From NCBI GenBank assembly GCA_025456145.1, contig JALOLD010000003.1, positions 18,209 to 82,208 of the forward strand: a stretch of DNA of 64,000 bases, written 5' to 3'. Made by a program: the position numbers and the translations under genes. Shown here one piece after another: positions 15,539 to 24,510 of the stretch; the stretch's first letter is position 1; each line of letters opens with the position of its first letter. Under the pieces are notes generated by a model. That model was not told the DNA's origin. It did not search any database and worked only from the letters and a program-made list of their open reading frames with translations. The stretch is from Thermoanaerobaculales bacterium. Lineage in GTDB: Bacteria > Acidobacteriota > Thermoanaerobaculia > Thermoanaerobaculales > Sulfomarinibacteraceae.

Positions 15539-17992
15539 TCACCAGTCGACGACCAGCCCGGCGTAGGCGCTCCTGGTCGCGGCCGGAATCCACACCGGCT
15601 GCGAGCCGTCGAAGTAGCCGAAGGTCGTGAACAGCTCGTCGGTGAGGTTGTTGACCCTGAGCTGGATGCGCAGGCTCCTCGCCCTGACGACCTCGGCCGT
15701 CGACCGCCCGAGATCGACCTCGACCGCGAGGTCGACCGCCGTGAAGGCGTCGTTGACCCGGTGGATGTAAGACGGGTCGTCGCGGACCTCGGGGAAGTCG
15801 CGCATGTCCTCGGTGTTGTCGAGGTAGAAGTCGTCGACGTGGCGCAGGGTGAGGGATCCCAGGACCGGGCCGACGGAGCCATGGGCCTCGACGGAGACCA
15901 GCCACTCCGGGCTCACCGGCAGCGAGTTTCCCGACTGGTCGACGGCGTTGCCATCGAAGTCGTGCTCGACGAACTCGACGAAGCGGCTGCGCGCCCAGGC
16001 GAGGTCGAGGCGGCCGCCGAAGCGGGGCGTCGGGTTCCACTCGACCTCGAGCTCGGCGCCCCGGTGCTCGGTGACCGCTCCGTTGGCGGTCACCGGGTCG
16101 CCGTTGTTGTCGAGCCCGCCCGCCCAGACGATGGCGTTGTCGAAGTCGAGGTAGTAGAGGTTTGCGGCGACTCGGCCGGTCGACCAGCCGTAGCTGAGGC
16201 CGAGCTCGTAGTCGGTGAGCTCCTCGGGCTCGAGGTCTAGGGGCGGCGGCGACCAGATGCTCTGGGGATCATAGATGTCGCGGAAGGCGGGCTCGCGGCC
16301 GCCGCGCGAGACATTGGCGAACAGGCTGAGCCGCTCGGTCGGGCGATAGGTGACGCCGAGGCGGGGCAGGAGGTACGAGAAGCTCTCCTCGACCTCGACT
16401 CCGGCGACCCGGTCGTCGTGCATCTCGTAGCGGTGGTGGGTCCAGGTCAGGCCGGCCATGATGTGCCAGCGGTCTGCCACCGACCAGCTCTCCTGGAGAA
16501 AGGGCTGGACGGTCTGCTTGTCGAGACGGTAGTCGTAGTAGCGGTGGTCGGGAGGCAGGTCGGGCGGGTACAGCCGGGCCCACTGGACCTCGCCCCAGTG
16601 ACGGCCGCTGTGGAGTCGGAGCGCGAGCCCCGCCTGGAGGGCGCCGCGGCCGTCGGCGTGCCGCCACTCGAGGTTGGGGATCCAGCCGGCGTCCCACTCC
16701 TCGACCTCGCGCCGGGTCACCAGGTCGGTCGTGTCGACGACCGTGCCGTCGGGCAGCTCGACCGGGTTGAGACCGTACTCGGGCATCCAGGCGTCCTCGG
16801 CGAGCTGCTGGAAGTAGCCGTCGCCCTCGAAGAGGAACAGCGTGTTGCGAAGCGCGAGATCGGCACCGACCTGCCAGTCGTGGACGAGCTGGTAGTGGGG
16901 TTGGAAGAAGCTGTCGATCTCGCCGGGGTAGCTCAGGGGGTTGGCTCGCCGGTCGACCCGCCGGTCGCCCGTGATCTCCCCCTCGAGGTTGGCCCTGGGC
17001 ACTCCGACATAGGCGAGGTGGGTCTCCTCCGGCCCGCCGAACAGGTTGACCTGGAGGGTGGTGCGCTCTCCGTAGCGGACCACCGAGAGCGAGTAGCTCC
17101 ACATCTCGGCCCAGCTCTGGTCGCGGTAGCCGTCCGACGAGACCCGCGAGTACCGCGCCGTCGCCGCCCAGCGGTCGTCGAACAGCCCGCTGTCGTACTC
17201 GAGGGTGAGTCGGCCGGTGCCGAACGACCCGCCGAGGGCGGCGAGACGGAGCCGCGGCTCGGCCAGGGGTCGGCGGCTCTCGATGTTGACCGAGCCGCCG
17301 ATCGCGCTGCCGCCGTAGAGACTGGTTCCGACCCCGCGTTGGACCTGGATCGTCCCGGTCGTCGAGAGCAGGTCGGCGTGGTCGATGAAGAACACGCTGT
17401 GCGAGTGGGCGTCGTTGAGCGGCACGCCGTTGAGGCTCACCGCGGTGCGTCGCATGTCGAAGCCGCGTAGGTAGAAGTACGAGTAGCCGATGCCGTTGCC
17501 GCTGTCGTTGGTGGCCAGGAAGCCCGGGGTCTGCTCGAGGAAGATCGGGATGTCCTGGGCCCAGTAGCCCCGCTCGATCTCGGGCCGGCCGACCTCGGTC
17601 ACGGTGACCGGCGTCTCGCCGATGGTGGCGCCCAGGCCGGTGACCGAGACCTCGCCACGGAACACGACCGGGACGGCCTCGAGGTTCAACGGGGGTGTGT
17701 GGGGGAGGTCGGTGACGACGAGATTGAGGACCTCGTACCCGGTGGCCGTCACGACCAGGCGGGCGGAGGGTGGAGGCGGGTCGGGGAGCGGGATGGTGAA
17801 GCCGCCGTCGGCGCCGGTCGTTGCGGTGATCGAGCTTTCCCCCAGGGTGACCTCGACCGAGGCGCCGGCGATCGCGTCGCCGGTGCGCCGGTCGCTCAGC
17901 CGTCCCCTCAGCTCGGCGCCGGAAGCGCTTGCCGCGCCGACGAGCACGGCGACGGCGGCGATGGATGCAATGGTCATCGAAGCTGGCTTCAT
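15539..17992 (-). CDS. TonB-dependent outer-membrane receptor with N-terminal carboxypeptidase-regulatory-like domain; likely thiamine-related uptake given the upstream riboswitch
   Basis: From ORF 15539..18259, with the start moved to ATG 17990-17992, which is preceded by GGAAGGGAGAGG. The signal peptide is MKPASMTIASIAAVAVLVGAASASG. The CarbopepD_reg-like region is GRLSDRRTGDAIAGASVEV. Plug and barrel blocks include YLRGFDMRRTAVSLNGVPLND and VGTSLYGGSAIGGSVNI. The protein ends in a terminal aromatic, ...GLVVDW. Confidence 0.9.
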   Translation of the reverse strand: MKPASMTIASIAAVAVLVGAASASGAELRGRLSDRRTGDAIAGASVEVTLGESSITATTGADGGFTIPLPDPPPPSARLVVTATGYEVLNLVVTDLPHTPPLNLEAVPVVFRGEVSVTGLGATIGETPVTVTEVGRPEIERGYWAQDIPIFLEQTPGFLATNDSGNGIGYSYFYLRGFDMRRTAVSLNGVPLNDAHSHSVFFIDHADLLSTTGTIQVQRGVGTSLYGGSAIGGSVNIESRRPLAEPRLRLAALGGSFGTGRLTLEYDSGLFDDRWAATARYSRVSSDGYRDQSWAEMWSYSLSVVRYGERTTLQVNLFGGPEETHLAYVGVPRANLEGEITGDRRVDRRANPLSYPGEIDSFFQPHYQLVHDWQVGADLALRNTLFLFEGDGYFQQLAEDAWMPEYGLNPVELPDGTVVDTTDLVTRREVEEWDAGWIPNLEWRHADGRGALQAGLALRLHSGRHWGEVQWARLYPPDLPPDHRYYDYRLDKQTVQPFLQESWSVADRWHIMAGLTWTHHRYEMHDDRVAGVEVEESFSYLLPRLGVTYRPTERLSLFANVSRGGREPAFRDIYDPQSIWSPPPLDLEPEELTDYELGLSYGWSTGRVAANLYYLDFDNAIVWAGGLDNNGDPVTANGAVTEHRGAELEVEWNPTPRFGGRLDLAWARSRFVEFVEHDFDGNAVDQSGNSLPVSPEWLVSVEAHGSVGPVLGSLTLRHVDDFYLDNTEDMRDFPEVRDDPSYIHRVNDAFTAVDLAVEVDLGRSTAEVVRARSLRIQLRVNNLTDELFTTFGYFDGSQPVWIPAATRSAYAGLVVDW

Positions 17993-18044
17993 GACGCCTC
18001 TCCCTTCCGACCGGGCGGACACGGTCGGAGGAACGACGCCACGG

Positions 18045-18135
18045 ACATCGACTCCAGTTCCCTCCGCCGGCATGACCCGGATCAGGTTCAAGGGGTGTGA
18101 TCTCAGCCCGGACGGGCACCCCCATGGATTGACAG
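18045..18135 (-). promoter_or_regulatory. TPP (THI-box) riboswitch aptamer
   Basis: The minus strand reads CCAUGGGGGUGCCCGUCCGGGCUGAGAUCACACCCCUUGAACCUGAUCCGGGUCAUGCCGGCGGAGGGAACUGGA. This matches the TPP aptamer consensus GGGGUGC..GCUGAGA..ACCC..UGAACCUGAUC.GG.U.AU.CC.GCG.AGGGA almost position for position (compare the E. coli thiM leader). It lies 60-140 nt upstream of the receptor start codon. Confidence 0.85.
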
Positions 18136-18157
18136 AAGCTGTGAAAGAGCTGCGACC

Positions 18158-18186
18158 ACTATCGTCGTCGGACGTTGGTCTGTCAA
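18158..18186 (-). promoter_or_regulatory. Candidate promoter of the riboswitch-receptor transcript
   Basis: The minus strand reads TTGACA (18181-18186, perfect -35), a 17-nt spacer, then GATAGT (18158-18163). The predicted TSS is about 20 nt upstream of the aptamer. Confidence 0.45.
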
Positions 18187-18312
18187 GGCAGCCGCCCGGC
18201 GGGCCGCGGTAGGGGAGGGGATTCCGGCGACCCGACGGTACGGACGCCCGTCGGCGCAAGCCATCGCTGCCGTCCCTAGAAGGGGCCGGTTCTCCGTTAT
18301 CCTAGAAAGAGG

Positions 18313-20451
18313 ATGCGGGCCAATACGCTTGTGGACCGTTGGGTTGCCGAAGCCCTGGCGCGCCCGATCGAGATCCTCAGGGGATACCGGGCGGTGCGGC
18401 TGCGGCCCGACGCGGTGGCCGGGCTCACCGTGGCGGTGGTCGCGATCCCGCAGTCGATCGCCTACGCCTCGATCGCCGGGCTGCCGCCTTCGTACGGCCT
18501 GTACGCGGCCGCGGTGGCGGTGATCGTCGGCTCGCTGTGGGGCTCGTCGCGCTATCTGAGCACCGGACCGACCAACGCGATCTCGATCCTCGCGCTGTCG
18601 ATCCTCGCCCCGCTCGCGACGATCGGCTCGGCCGAGTACCTCATGGCGGCCTCGCTGATGGCGGTGATGGTCGGCGTGTTCTGCGTGGTCTTCGGCTTCG
18701 GGGGCCTCGGCGTGCTGATCAACTTCGCCTCGCGGGCGGTGCTGCTCGGCTTCACCGCCGGCGCCGGGGTGCTCATCGCCGGCGGTCAGCTCAAGAACCT
18801 GCTGCGCCTCGAGATCCCTCCGAGCCCGCACCTCTGGCACACGCTGAGCGAGGTCGTCGGCCGGATCGGGGAGAGCCACCCGCCGAGCCTGCTGCTCGGT
18901 CTCGGCACGATGACGGCGATGGTCGCCATCGGCCGCTGGCGGCCGCGGCTACCGGCGGCGCTGATCGCGCTATCCGGCGCTGGGCTGCTCGTGGCGGCGG
19001 TCGGCGTCGGCCGGCTCGGCGTCGCCGTGGTCGGCGAGATCCCCCGCGAGCTGCCCCAGCTCAGCTCGTTCTCGCTCGGCTGGATGTGGGAGAACGACCT
19101 GATCGGCGCCCTGGTCACCGGGTCGCTGGCGGTGGCGGCGATGGGTCTGGTGGAGGCGGTGTCGATCGCCCGCGAGATCTCCCGGCAGAGCGGCGAGCGG
19201 CTCGACGTCAACCAGGAGCTGGTCGGGCAGGGAATGGCCAACATCGCCGCCGGTCTGTTCTCGGGCTATGCCTGCTCGGGCTCGTTCACCCGTTCGGCGA
19301 TCAACTTCCAGTCGGGCGCTCGGAGCCAGATCTCCGGCGTCTTCTGCGGCGTCTTCGTGATCATCGGCGTGCTCGCCTTCGGGCCCGCCGCCGCCTTCCT
19401 GCCGAGGGCCGCGCTGGCCGGGATGATCATGGTGATCGCCTATCGGATGGTCGACTGGCACGGCGTCCGGCGGGTCGTCGCGACATCGCGCAGCGAGACC
19501 GGGATCATGGTCGCGACCTTCGGCGCGACCCTCGTCTTCCCCCTCGAGTTCGCGGTCCTCGCCGGCGTCATCCTGTCGCTCGGCATCTACATCTACAAGT
19601 CGAGCCTGCCGACCGTCCACACCGTCGTCCCGGACCCGACCTTCCGGCACTTCGTCGAGCGCGACGACGCCCCGTGCTGCCCCCAGCTCGGGGTCATCAA
19701 CATCCGGGGCGCCCTCTTCTTCGGGGCGGCCAGCCACGTCGAGGACGAGCTGCTCGCCAACTACGAGGCCAACCCGGGTCAGGGGCACCTGCTCCTGCGG
19801 ATGCACGGGGTCCACCAGTGCGACCTGTCGGGGATCGACGTCCTCGAGGGCCTGGTCAAGCTGTACCGCGACGGGGGCGGCGACGTGTTCCTCGTCCAGG
19901 TCCGCCCCGAGGTCCGGTGGGTGATGCGCGCCTCGGGCTTCGAGGACCTGCTCGGCGACGCGAACTTCCTGCTCCAGGAGGACGCCATCGAGTGGCTGTT
20001 CGAGCACCGAATCGACCCGGCGGTGTGCGTCTACGAGTGCGAGCACCGGGTCTTCGCCGAGTGCCAGCCCCTCGAGAAGCACCCCTACGACATCCGGCTG
20101 CCGGCCTTCCCGGCCCGCTTCCGCTACCCCGAGCGACAGCTCTCCGTGCCCGAGTTCGAGGATGCGCTCAAGCTCAACCGTCGCCGCGATGGGCTCGTCG
20201 TCGACGTCCGGGAGGAGAGGGAGTACCTGACCGGGCACATCCCGGGGGCCGAGCTGATGCCGTTGCGCCACGTCATCGAGGACGCCGAGCGGCTGCCCCG
20301 GGACCGGCCGATCCTGCTCGTCTGCCGCTCCGGCCGGCGCTCGACCCGGGCGATGCACTGGCTGATCGGTCTCGGCTTCTCGGAGGTCGCCAACCTCAAG
20401 GGCGGGCTGCTGAGCTGGAAGGCGATGGGCCGGCCGGTCGAGATCGAGTGA
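18313..20451 (+). CDS. SulP-family anion transporter with STAS domain fused to a C-terminal rhodanese domain
   Basis: SulP signature: GLTVAVVAIPQSIAYASIAGLPPSYGLYAA. STAS-like region: LGVINIRGALFFGAASHVEDEL. C-terminal rhodanese: VVDVREEREYLTGHIPGAELMP ... LLVCRSGRRSTRAMHWL, with the active-site loop CRSGRRS. Confidence 0.88.
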   Translation: MRANTLVDRWVAEALARPIEILRGYRAVRLRPDAVAGLTVAVVAIPQSIAYASIAGLPPSYGLYAAAVAVIVGSLWGSSRYLSTGPTNAISILALSILAPLATIGSAEYLMAASLMAVMVGVFCVVFGFGGLGVLINFASRAVLLGFTAGAGVLIAGGQLKNLLRLEIPPSPHLWHTLSEVVGRIGESHPPSLLLGLGTMTAMVAIGRWRPRLPAALIALSGAGLLVAAVGVGRLGVAVVGEIPRELPQLSSFSLGWMWENDLIGALVTGSLAVAAMGLVEAVSIAREISRQSGERLDVNQELVGQGMANIAAGLFSGYACSGSFTRSAINFQSGARSQISGVFCGVFVIIGVLAFGPAAAFLPRAALAGMIMVIAYRMVDWHGVRRVVATSRSETGIMVATFGATLVFPLEFAVLAGVILSLGIYIYKSSLPTVHTVVPDPTFRHFVERDDAPCCPQLGVINIRGALFFGAASHVEDELLANYEANPGQGHLLLRMHGVHQCDLSGIDVLEGLVKLYRDGGGDVFLVQVRPEVRWVMRASGFEDLLGDANFLLQEDAIEWLFEHRIDPAVCVYECEHRVFAECQPLEKHPYDIRLPAFPARFRYPERQLSVPEFEDALKLNRRRDGLVVDVREEREYLTGHIPGAELMPLRHVIEDAERLPRDRPILLVCRSGRRSTRAMHWLIGLGFSEVANLKGGLLSWKAMGRPVEIE

Positions 20452-20559
20452 GGGCGTGGGAACGATCAATGAAGAATGATGAATGATGAGAGGTGAATGG
20501 AGCGCCGCGCTGCCGCGGGCGGCGGATCCGGGGGAAGGGGATGTTGTCGAAGGCGAGCA

Positions 20560-22749
20560 TCACGGGCCGCCCCGTCCGATTGCGACGGGCGGCTCCAGGC
20601 GGCCGGCGACGCGGTCGGCGAGCAGGGTGAAGCGGCGCCGCTGGCTGGCGTTCGACACCGCCCGGTAAAGGGCCCGCCGGCTGCCGACCACGACGACCAG
20701 CTCGCGGCCCCGGGTCACGGCGGTGTAGAGCAGGTTGCGCTCGAGCATGAGGTGGTGCTGGTGGTGGAGGACGATGACCACCGCCCGGTACTCGCTGCCC
20801 TGCGACTTGTGGATCGTGCACGCGTAGGCCGGGACGAGGTCGTCGAGATCGCCGTGGGGCACCCGGACCGGCCGGTCGTCGAAGAGGACCACCAGCTCCT
20901 CCTCGTCGTGGTCGATCCCCTCGACCCGTCCGATGTCGCCGTTGAAGATCTCGAGGTCGTAGTTGTTGCGGACCTGCATCACCTTGTCGCCGACCCGGAA
21001 ACGGGCGTGGCCGTGGGCCAGCTCGGGCCCGGGCGGCGTCAGCTCGGCCTGGAGCCGCTGGTTGAGCCGGCGCACGCCGAGCTCGCCGCGGTGCATCGGC
21101 GACAGCACCTGGATCTCGGTCACCGGGTCGAGACGGTAGCGGCCGGGGATCCGCCGGCAGGCCAGGTCGACGGCGAGGTCGGCGGCCTCGGCGGGGTCGT
21201 CGCGGGCGACGAAGAAGAAGTCCGCCTCCGGATCGCCGCCGTCGCTGATCGGCATCAGGCCGGCGTTGACCCGATGGGCGTTGACGACGATCCGGCTCGC
21301 CTCGGCCTGCCGGAAGATCTGGTCGAGGCGGACCACCGGGACCGAGCCCGACGCGATGAGATCGCCGAGCACGTTGCCCGGGCCGACCGACGGCAGCTGG
21401 TCGGCATCGCCGACCAGGACGAGCCGGCAGTGCGGCGGCACCGCCTCGAAGAGATGGGCCGCCAGGGCGATGTCGAGCATCGACGCCTCGTCGACGACCA
21501 CCATGTCGGCCTCGACCGGCCGCTCGCGGGTGCGGGCAAAGACGCCTTCGCGGGGGTTGAACTCGAGCAGGCGGTGGATCGTCCGGGCGGGCGAGCCGGT
21601 CGCCTGCTCGAGCCGCTTGGCGGCCCTCCCGGTGGGAGCGGCAAGGGCGACCTCGGTCCCGCGCTCGCCGAGGATCCGGGTGAGGCCCCGCACCAGGGTC
21701 GTCTTGCCGGTGCCCGGGCCCCCGGTCACCACGACGAGGTGCTCGGCGAGGGCCGCCGCGAGGGCCTCGCGCTGGCGACGGCCGAGCTCGATCCCGGCGT
21801 CGACGCGGTACCACTCGAGGGCCCGGCCGATATCGACGGCAGGCTCGGAGGGGGCGCGGACCCGCTCACGGACGGCGGCGGCGACCGTCGCCTCGGCCAT
21901 CTCGAGCCGTTTCTCGAAGACCGCGGGCTCGTCGGCCGGGCGGGGGACGGAGACGACCAGGCCACGTTGCTCGACCGCGCCGAGGGCCGGCCCGAGGGCC
22001 TCGCGATCGACCTCGAGCAGCGCGGCGGCGTCGTCGAGCAGGCGAGACGCGGGGAGGAAGACGTGCCCCTGCCCGGTCGCCTCGGCGAGGACGAAGACGA
22101 GACCCGCCTGGAGCCGCTGCGGCGAGTCGGCGGGGATGCCGATCCGCGAGGCGATCCGGTCGGCGGTCCGGAAGCCGACGCCGAAGACCTCGTCGGCGAG
22201 CCGGTAGGGGTTGCCGCGGATCACGTCGACCGCCGCCGCGCCGTACTTCGCGAAGGCCTTGACCGCGACCCCGGGAGCGATGCCGTGGCCGGTGAGGAAG
22301 ACCATCACCTGCTGGATGCCGCGGTGGCGCCCCCAGGACGAGCGCACCTTGGCCAGCGTCGCCGGGCCGATGCCCCGGATCTCGAGCAGCCGCTCGGGGG
22401 CGTGGTCGAGGACATCGAGGGTGTCGAGACCGAAGGCCTCGACGATCCTCGCCGCGATCGCCGGACCGATGCCCTTGATCCGGCCGCCGCCGAGGAAGCG
22501 GCGGATGCCGTCGAGGGTCGAGGGCGCGACCTCGACCCACGACGCGACCTCGAGCTGCTCGCCGAACCGCGGGTGGTCGACCCAGCGGCCGCTGAGCCGC
22601 AGCACGTCGCCCTCGCGAATGCCGAGCAGGATCCCGGTGGCGGCGAACTCGCGGCGCTCGTCGTTGGTCATCCGGACGGCGCACCAGCCGCTTTGGTCGT
22701 CGGCGTAGAGGATCCGGCTGACGGTCGCCTCGATCTGGCTGGCGGTCAC
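20560..22749 (-). CDS. recD2: RecD2-type SF1 ATP-dependent DNA helicase
   Basis: The Walker A is VVTGGPGTGKTT, followed by VVVDEASMLD, LVGDADQLPSVGPGNVL and CTIHKSQGSEY. The N-terminal OB/HhH region is typical of RecD2 (729 aa). Confidence 0.9.
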   Translation of the reverse strand: MTASQIEATVSRILYADDQSGWCAVRMTNDERREFAATGILLGIREGDVLRLSGRWVDHPRFGEQLEVASWVEVAPSTLDGIRRFLGGGRIKGIGPAIAARIVEAFGLDTLDVLDHAPERLLEIRGIGPATLAKVRSSWGRHRGIQQVMVFLTGHGIAPGVAVKAFAKYGAAAVDVIRGNPYRLADEVFGVGFRTADRIASRIGIPADSPQRLQAGLVFVLAEATGQGHVFLPASRLLDDAAALLEVDREALGPALGAVEQRGLVVSVPRPADEPAVFEKRLEMAEATVAAAVRERVRAPSEPAVDIGRALEWYRVDAGIELGRRQREALAAALAEHLVVVTGGPGTGKTTLVRGLTRILGERGTEVALAAPTGRAAKRLEQATGSPARTIHRLLEFNPREGVFARTRERPVEADMVVVDEASMLDIALAAHLFEAVPPHCRLVLVGDADQLPSVGPGNVLGDLIASGSVPVVRLDQIFRQAEASRIVVNAHRVNAGLMPISDGGDPEADFFFVARDDPAEAADLAVDLACRRIPGRYRLDPVTEIQVLSPMHRGELGVRRLNQRLQAELTPPGPELAHGHARFRVGDKVMQVRNNYDLEIFNGDIGRVEGIDHDEEELVVLFDDRPVRVPHGDLDDLVPAYACTIHKSQGSEYRAVVIVLHHQHHLMLERNLLYTAVTRGRELVVVVGSRRALYRAVSNASQRRRFTLLADRVAGRLEPPVAIGRGGP

Positions 22750-22798
22750 CGGGCGATCATAGCCGACCGGTCGGACCGGCGGGCCGGTCGACCGGGAC

Positions 22799-24403
22799 TC
22801 AGCCGGCGCGCGGGAAGCGCGAGCAGATGTGCTCGGCGAGGGCGGTGATGGTCAGCGACGGGTTGACACCGAGGTTGGCGCCGATCACCGAGCCGTCCAT
22901 GACATAGAGCCCGGGGTGGCCGAAGACCTCGCCGTTACGGTCGATGACCCCGCTCTCGGGACCCGACGCGATCGCGCAGCCGCCGAGGATGTGGGCGGTC
23001 GAGCCGGTGTTGAGGAAGACCTCGTTGAGGCTGTTCTGGGGCACCGCGTCGAGCTCCGCGGCGACCTCGCGCGCGATCTGGTTGGCGATCGGGACGTAGG
23101 AGGGGATGCCGGGCTGGCTCGGGTCGGGCTGCGAGGTCAGGGCCCGGGTGAACGGCCACAGCCACTGCCGCTGGCGGACCAGCCGGGTGTGGTTGTCGGC
23201 GGTCTGCATCGCCATCAGCACGACCGAGTGCTCGGCCTTGCCCCAGGGCCTGGTGACCCGCCAGAAGTCGACCGGGTGGCGCAGGACGTTGCCGAGCCAG
23301 CGCAGAGGACGCGGGACGCCGTCGCCGCCGTCGGCGAGCATGGTGCCGAGCAGCAGCATGACGTCCGAGCCCTTGGGGAAGCGGACCGCTTCCATGTGGG
23401 TCTGGTCATCGACCTCGACCTTGGCCGCGATCGCGACGCCCTCCCAGAGGTCCCGGCGGCTCCGCGAGGTCACGCCGAGCAGCGCCTCGGAGTTGGTCCG
23501 GACAACATTACCGATCTGGTCGGACACCCGGGCCAGCCCGCCCCTTTCCCGACACTCCATGAGCAGCCTGACCGTACCGAGCACGCCCGCCGAGACGACG
23601 ACCCGCCGCGCGGTCATCGCCCCGCGCTCGCCGTGCAGGGTCGCGGTCGAGCGTCGCCACCTCAGCCGGTAGCCGCCGCCGGGGAGCTCCTCGACCAGGT
23701 CGACCCGGGTCTCGGGGACGACCCGGGCGCCGGCCCTCTCGGCGAGGAACAGGTAGTTCTTGTCGAGGGTGTTCTTCGCCCCGGGACGGCAGCCGACCAT
23801 GCAGCCGCCGCAGAACGTGCAGCCGGTGCGATCCGGCCCGTCACCGCCGAAGTAGGGGTCGGGGACGGTGACGTCGGGATCGCCGAAGTAGATGCTGAGC
23901 TCGGTCGGCTGGAAGGTGTGGCCGAGACCCCGCCGCTCGGCGGCCCGCCGGAGCGCGTGATCGGGCTCGCCGATTTTCGGGTTGGTCGCCGCGCCGAGCA
24001 TCCGCCGGGCGGTGGCATAGTGCCCCGGCATGACCGCCCGCCAGTCCTCGAGGCCCTTCCATTGGGGGTCGTCCCAGACGGTCGCCGGCGGCTCGAACAG
24101 GGTGTTGGCAAAGAGCAGGCTGCCGCCGCCGACCCCGACGCCGTGCAGGATCAGCGCCTCGCGCAGCAGGTGGAGGCCCCAGATCCCGTGGCACCCGACC
24201 CTCGGGAGCCAGAAGGCCTTGGGGATGTTCCAGTTGGTGGTCGGGAAGTCCTCGGGCCGCCAGCGCTTGCCCTGCTCGAGCACGGTGACCCGGTGGCCCT
24301 TTTCGGAGAGCCGCAACGCGGCAACCGAGCCGCCGAAGCCCGAGCCGACGATCGCGACATCTGTGTCGAAGTCGTAGGGATGATCGGGCATGCTCTGCAC
24401 CAT
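22799..24403 (-). CDS. GMC-family FAD oxidoreductase (cholesterol/alcohol oxidase-like)
   Basis: DVAIVGSGFGGSVAALRLSEKGHRVTVLEQG is the FAD Rossmann motif. The C-terminal region is HILGGCAI ... GLYVMDGSVIGANLGVNPSLTITALAE. The start is moved to ATG 24401-24403, preceded by GAGGTGG; an alternative ATG lies at 24391. Confidence 0.88.
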   Translation of the reverse strand: MVQSMPDHPYDFDTDVAIVGSGFGGSVAALRLSEKGHRVTVLEQGKRWRPEDFPTTNWNIPKAFWLPRVGCHGIWGLHLLREALILHGVGVGGGSLLFANTLFEPPATVWDDPQWKGLEDWRAVMPGHYATARRMLGAATNPKIGEPDHALRRAAERRGLGHTFQPTELSIYFGDPDVTVPDPYFGGDGPDRTGCTFCGGCMVGCRPGAKNTLDKNYLFLAERAGARVVPETRVDLVEELPGGGYRLRWRRSTATLHGERGAMTARRVVVSAGVLGTVRLLMECRERGGLARVSDQIGNVVRTNSEALLGVTSRSRRDLWEGVAIAAKVEVDDQTHMEAVRFPKGSDVMLLLGTMLADGGDGVPRPLRWLGNVLRHPVDFWRVTRPWGKAEHSVVLMAMQTADNHTRLVRQRQWLWPFTRALTSQPDPSQPGIPSYVPIANQIAREVAAELDAVPQNSLNEVFLNTGSTAHILGGCAIASGPESGVIDRNGEVFGHPGLYVMDGSVIGANLGVNPSLTITALAEHICSRFPRAG

Positions 24404-24510
24404 GGCCACCTCGCGGGGGAGTGTACCTCCGCTTGCCGCAGTTCGGCAAACGGCGACGATCCGGGGGCGTTGCGGGGGGCCTCCGGTCGGGGTCGGGCTA
24501 TACTCCACCC

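Noticed and set aside
18129-18134. A perfect TTGACA hexamer on the plus strand upstream of the SulP gene, considered as its -35 element.
   Set aside because: No acceptable -10 lies 16-19 nt downstream (GCGACC/CGACCA). The hexamer overlaps the riboswitch P1 region of the opposite strand and is probably coincidental.
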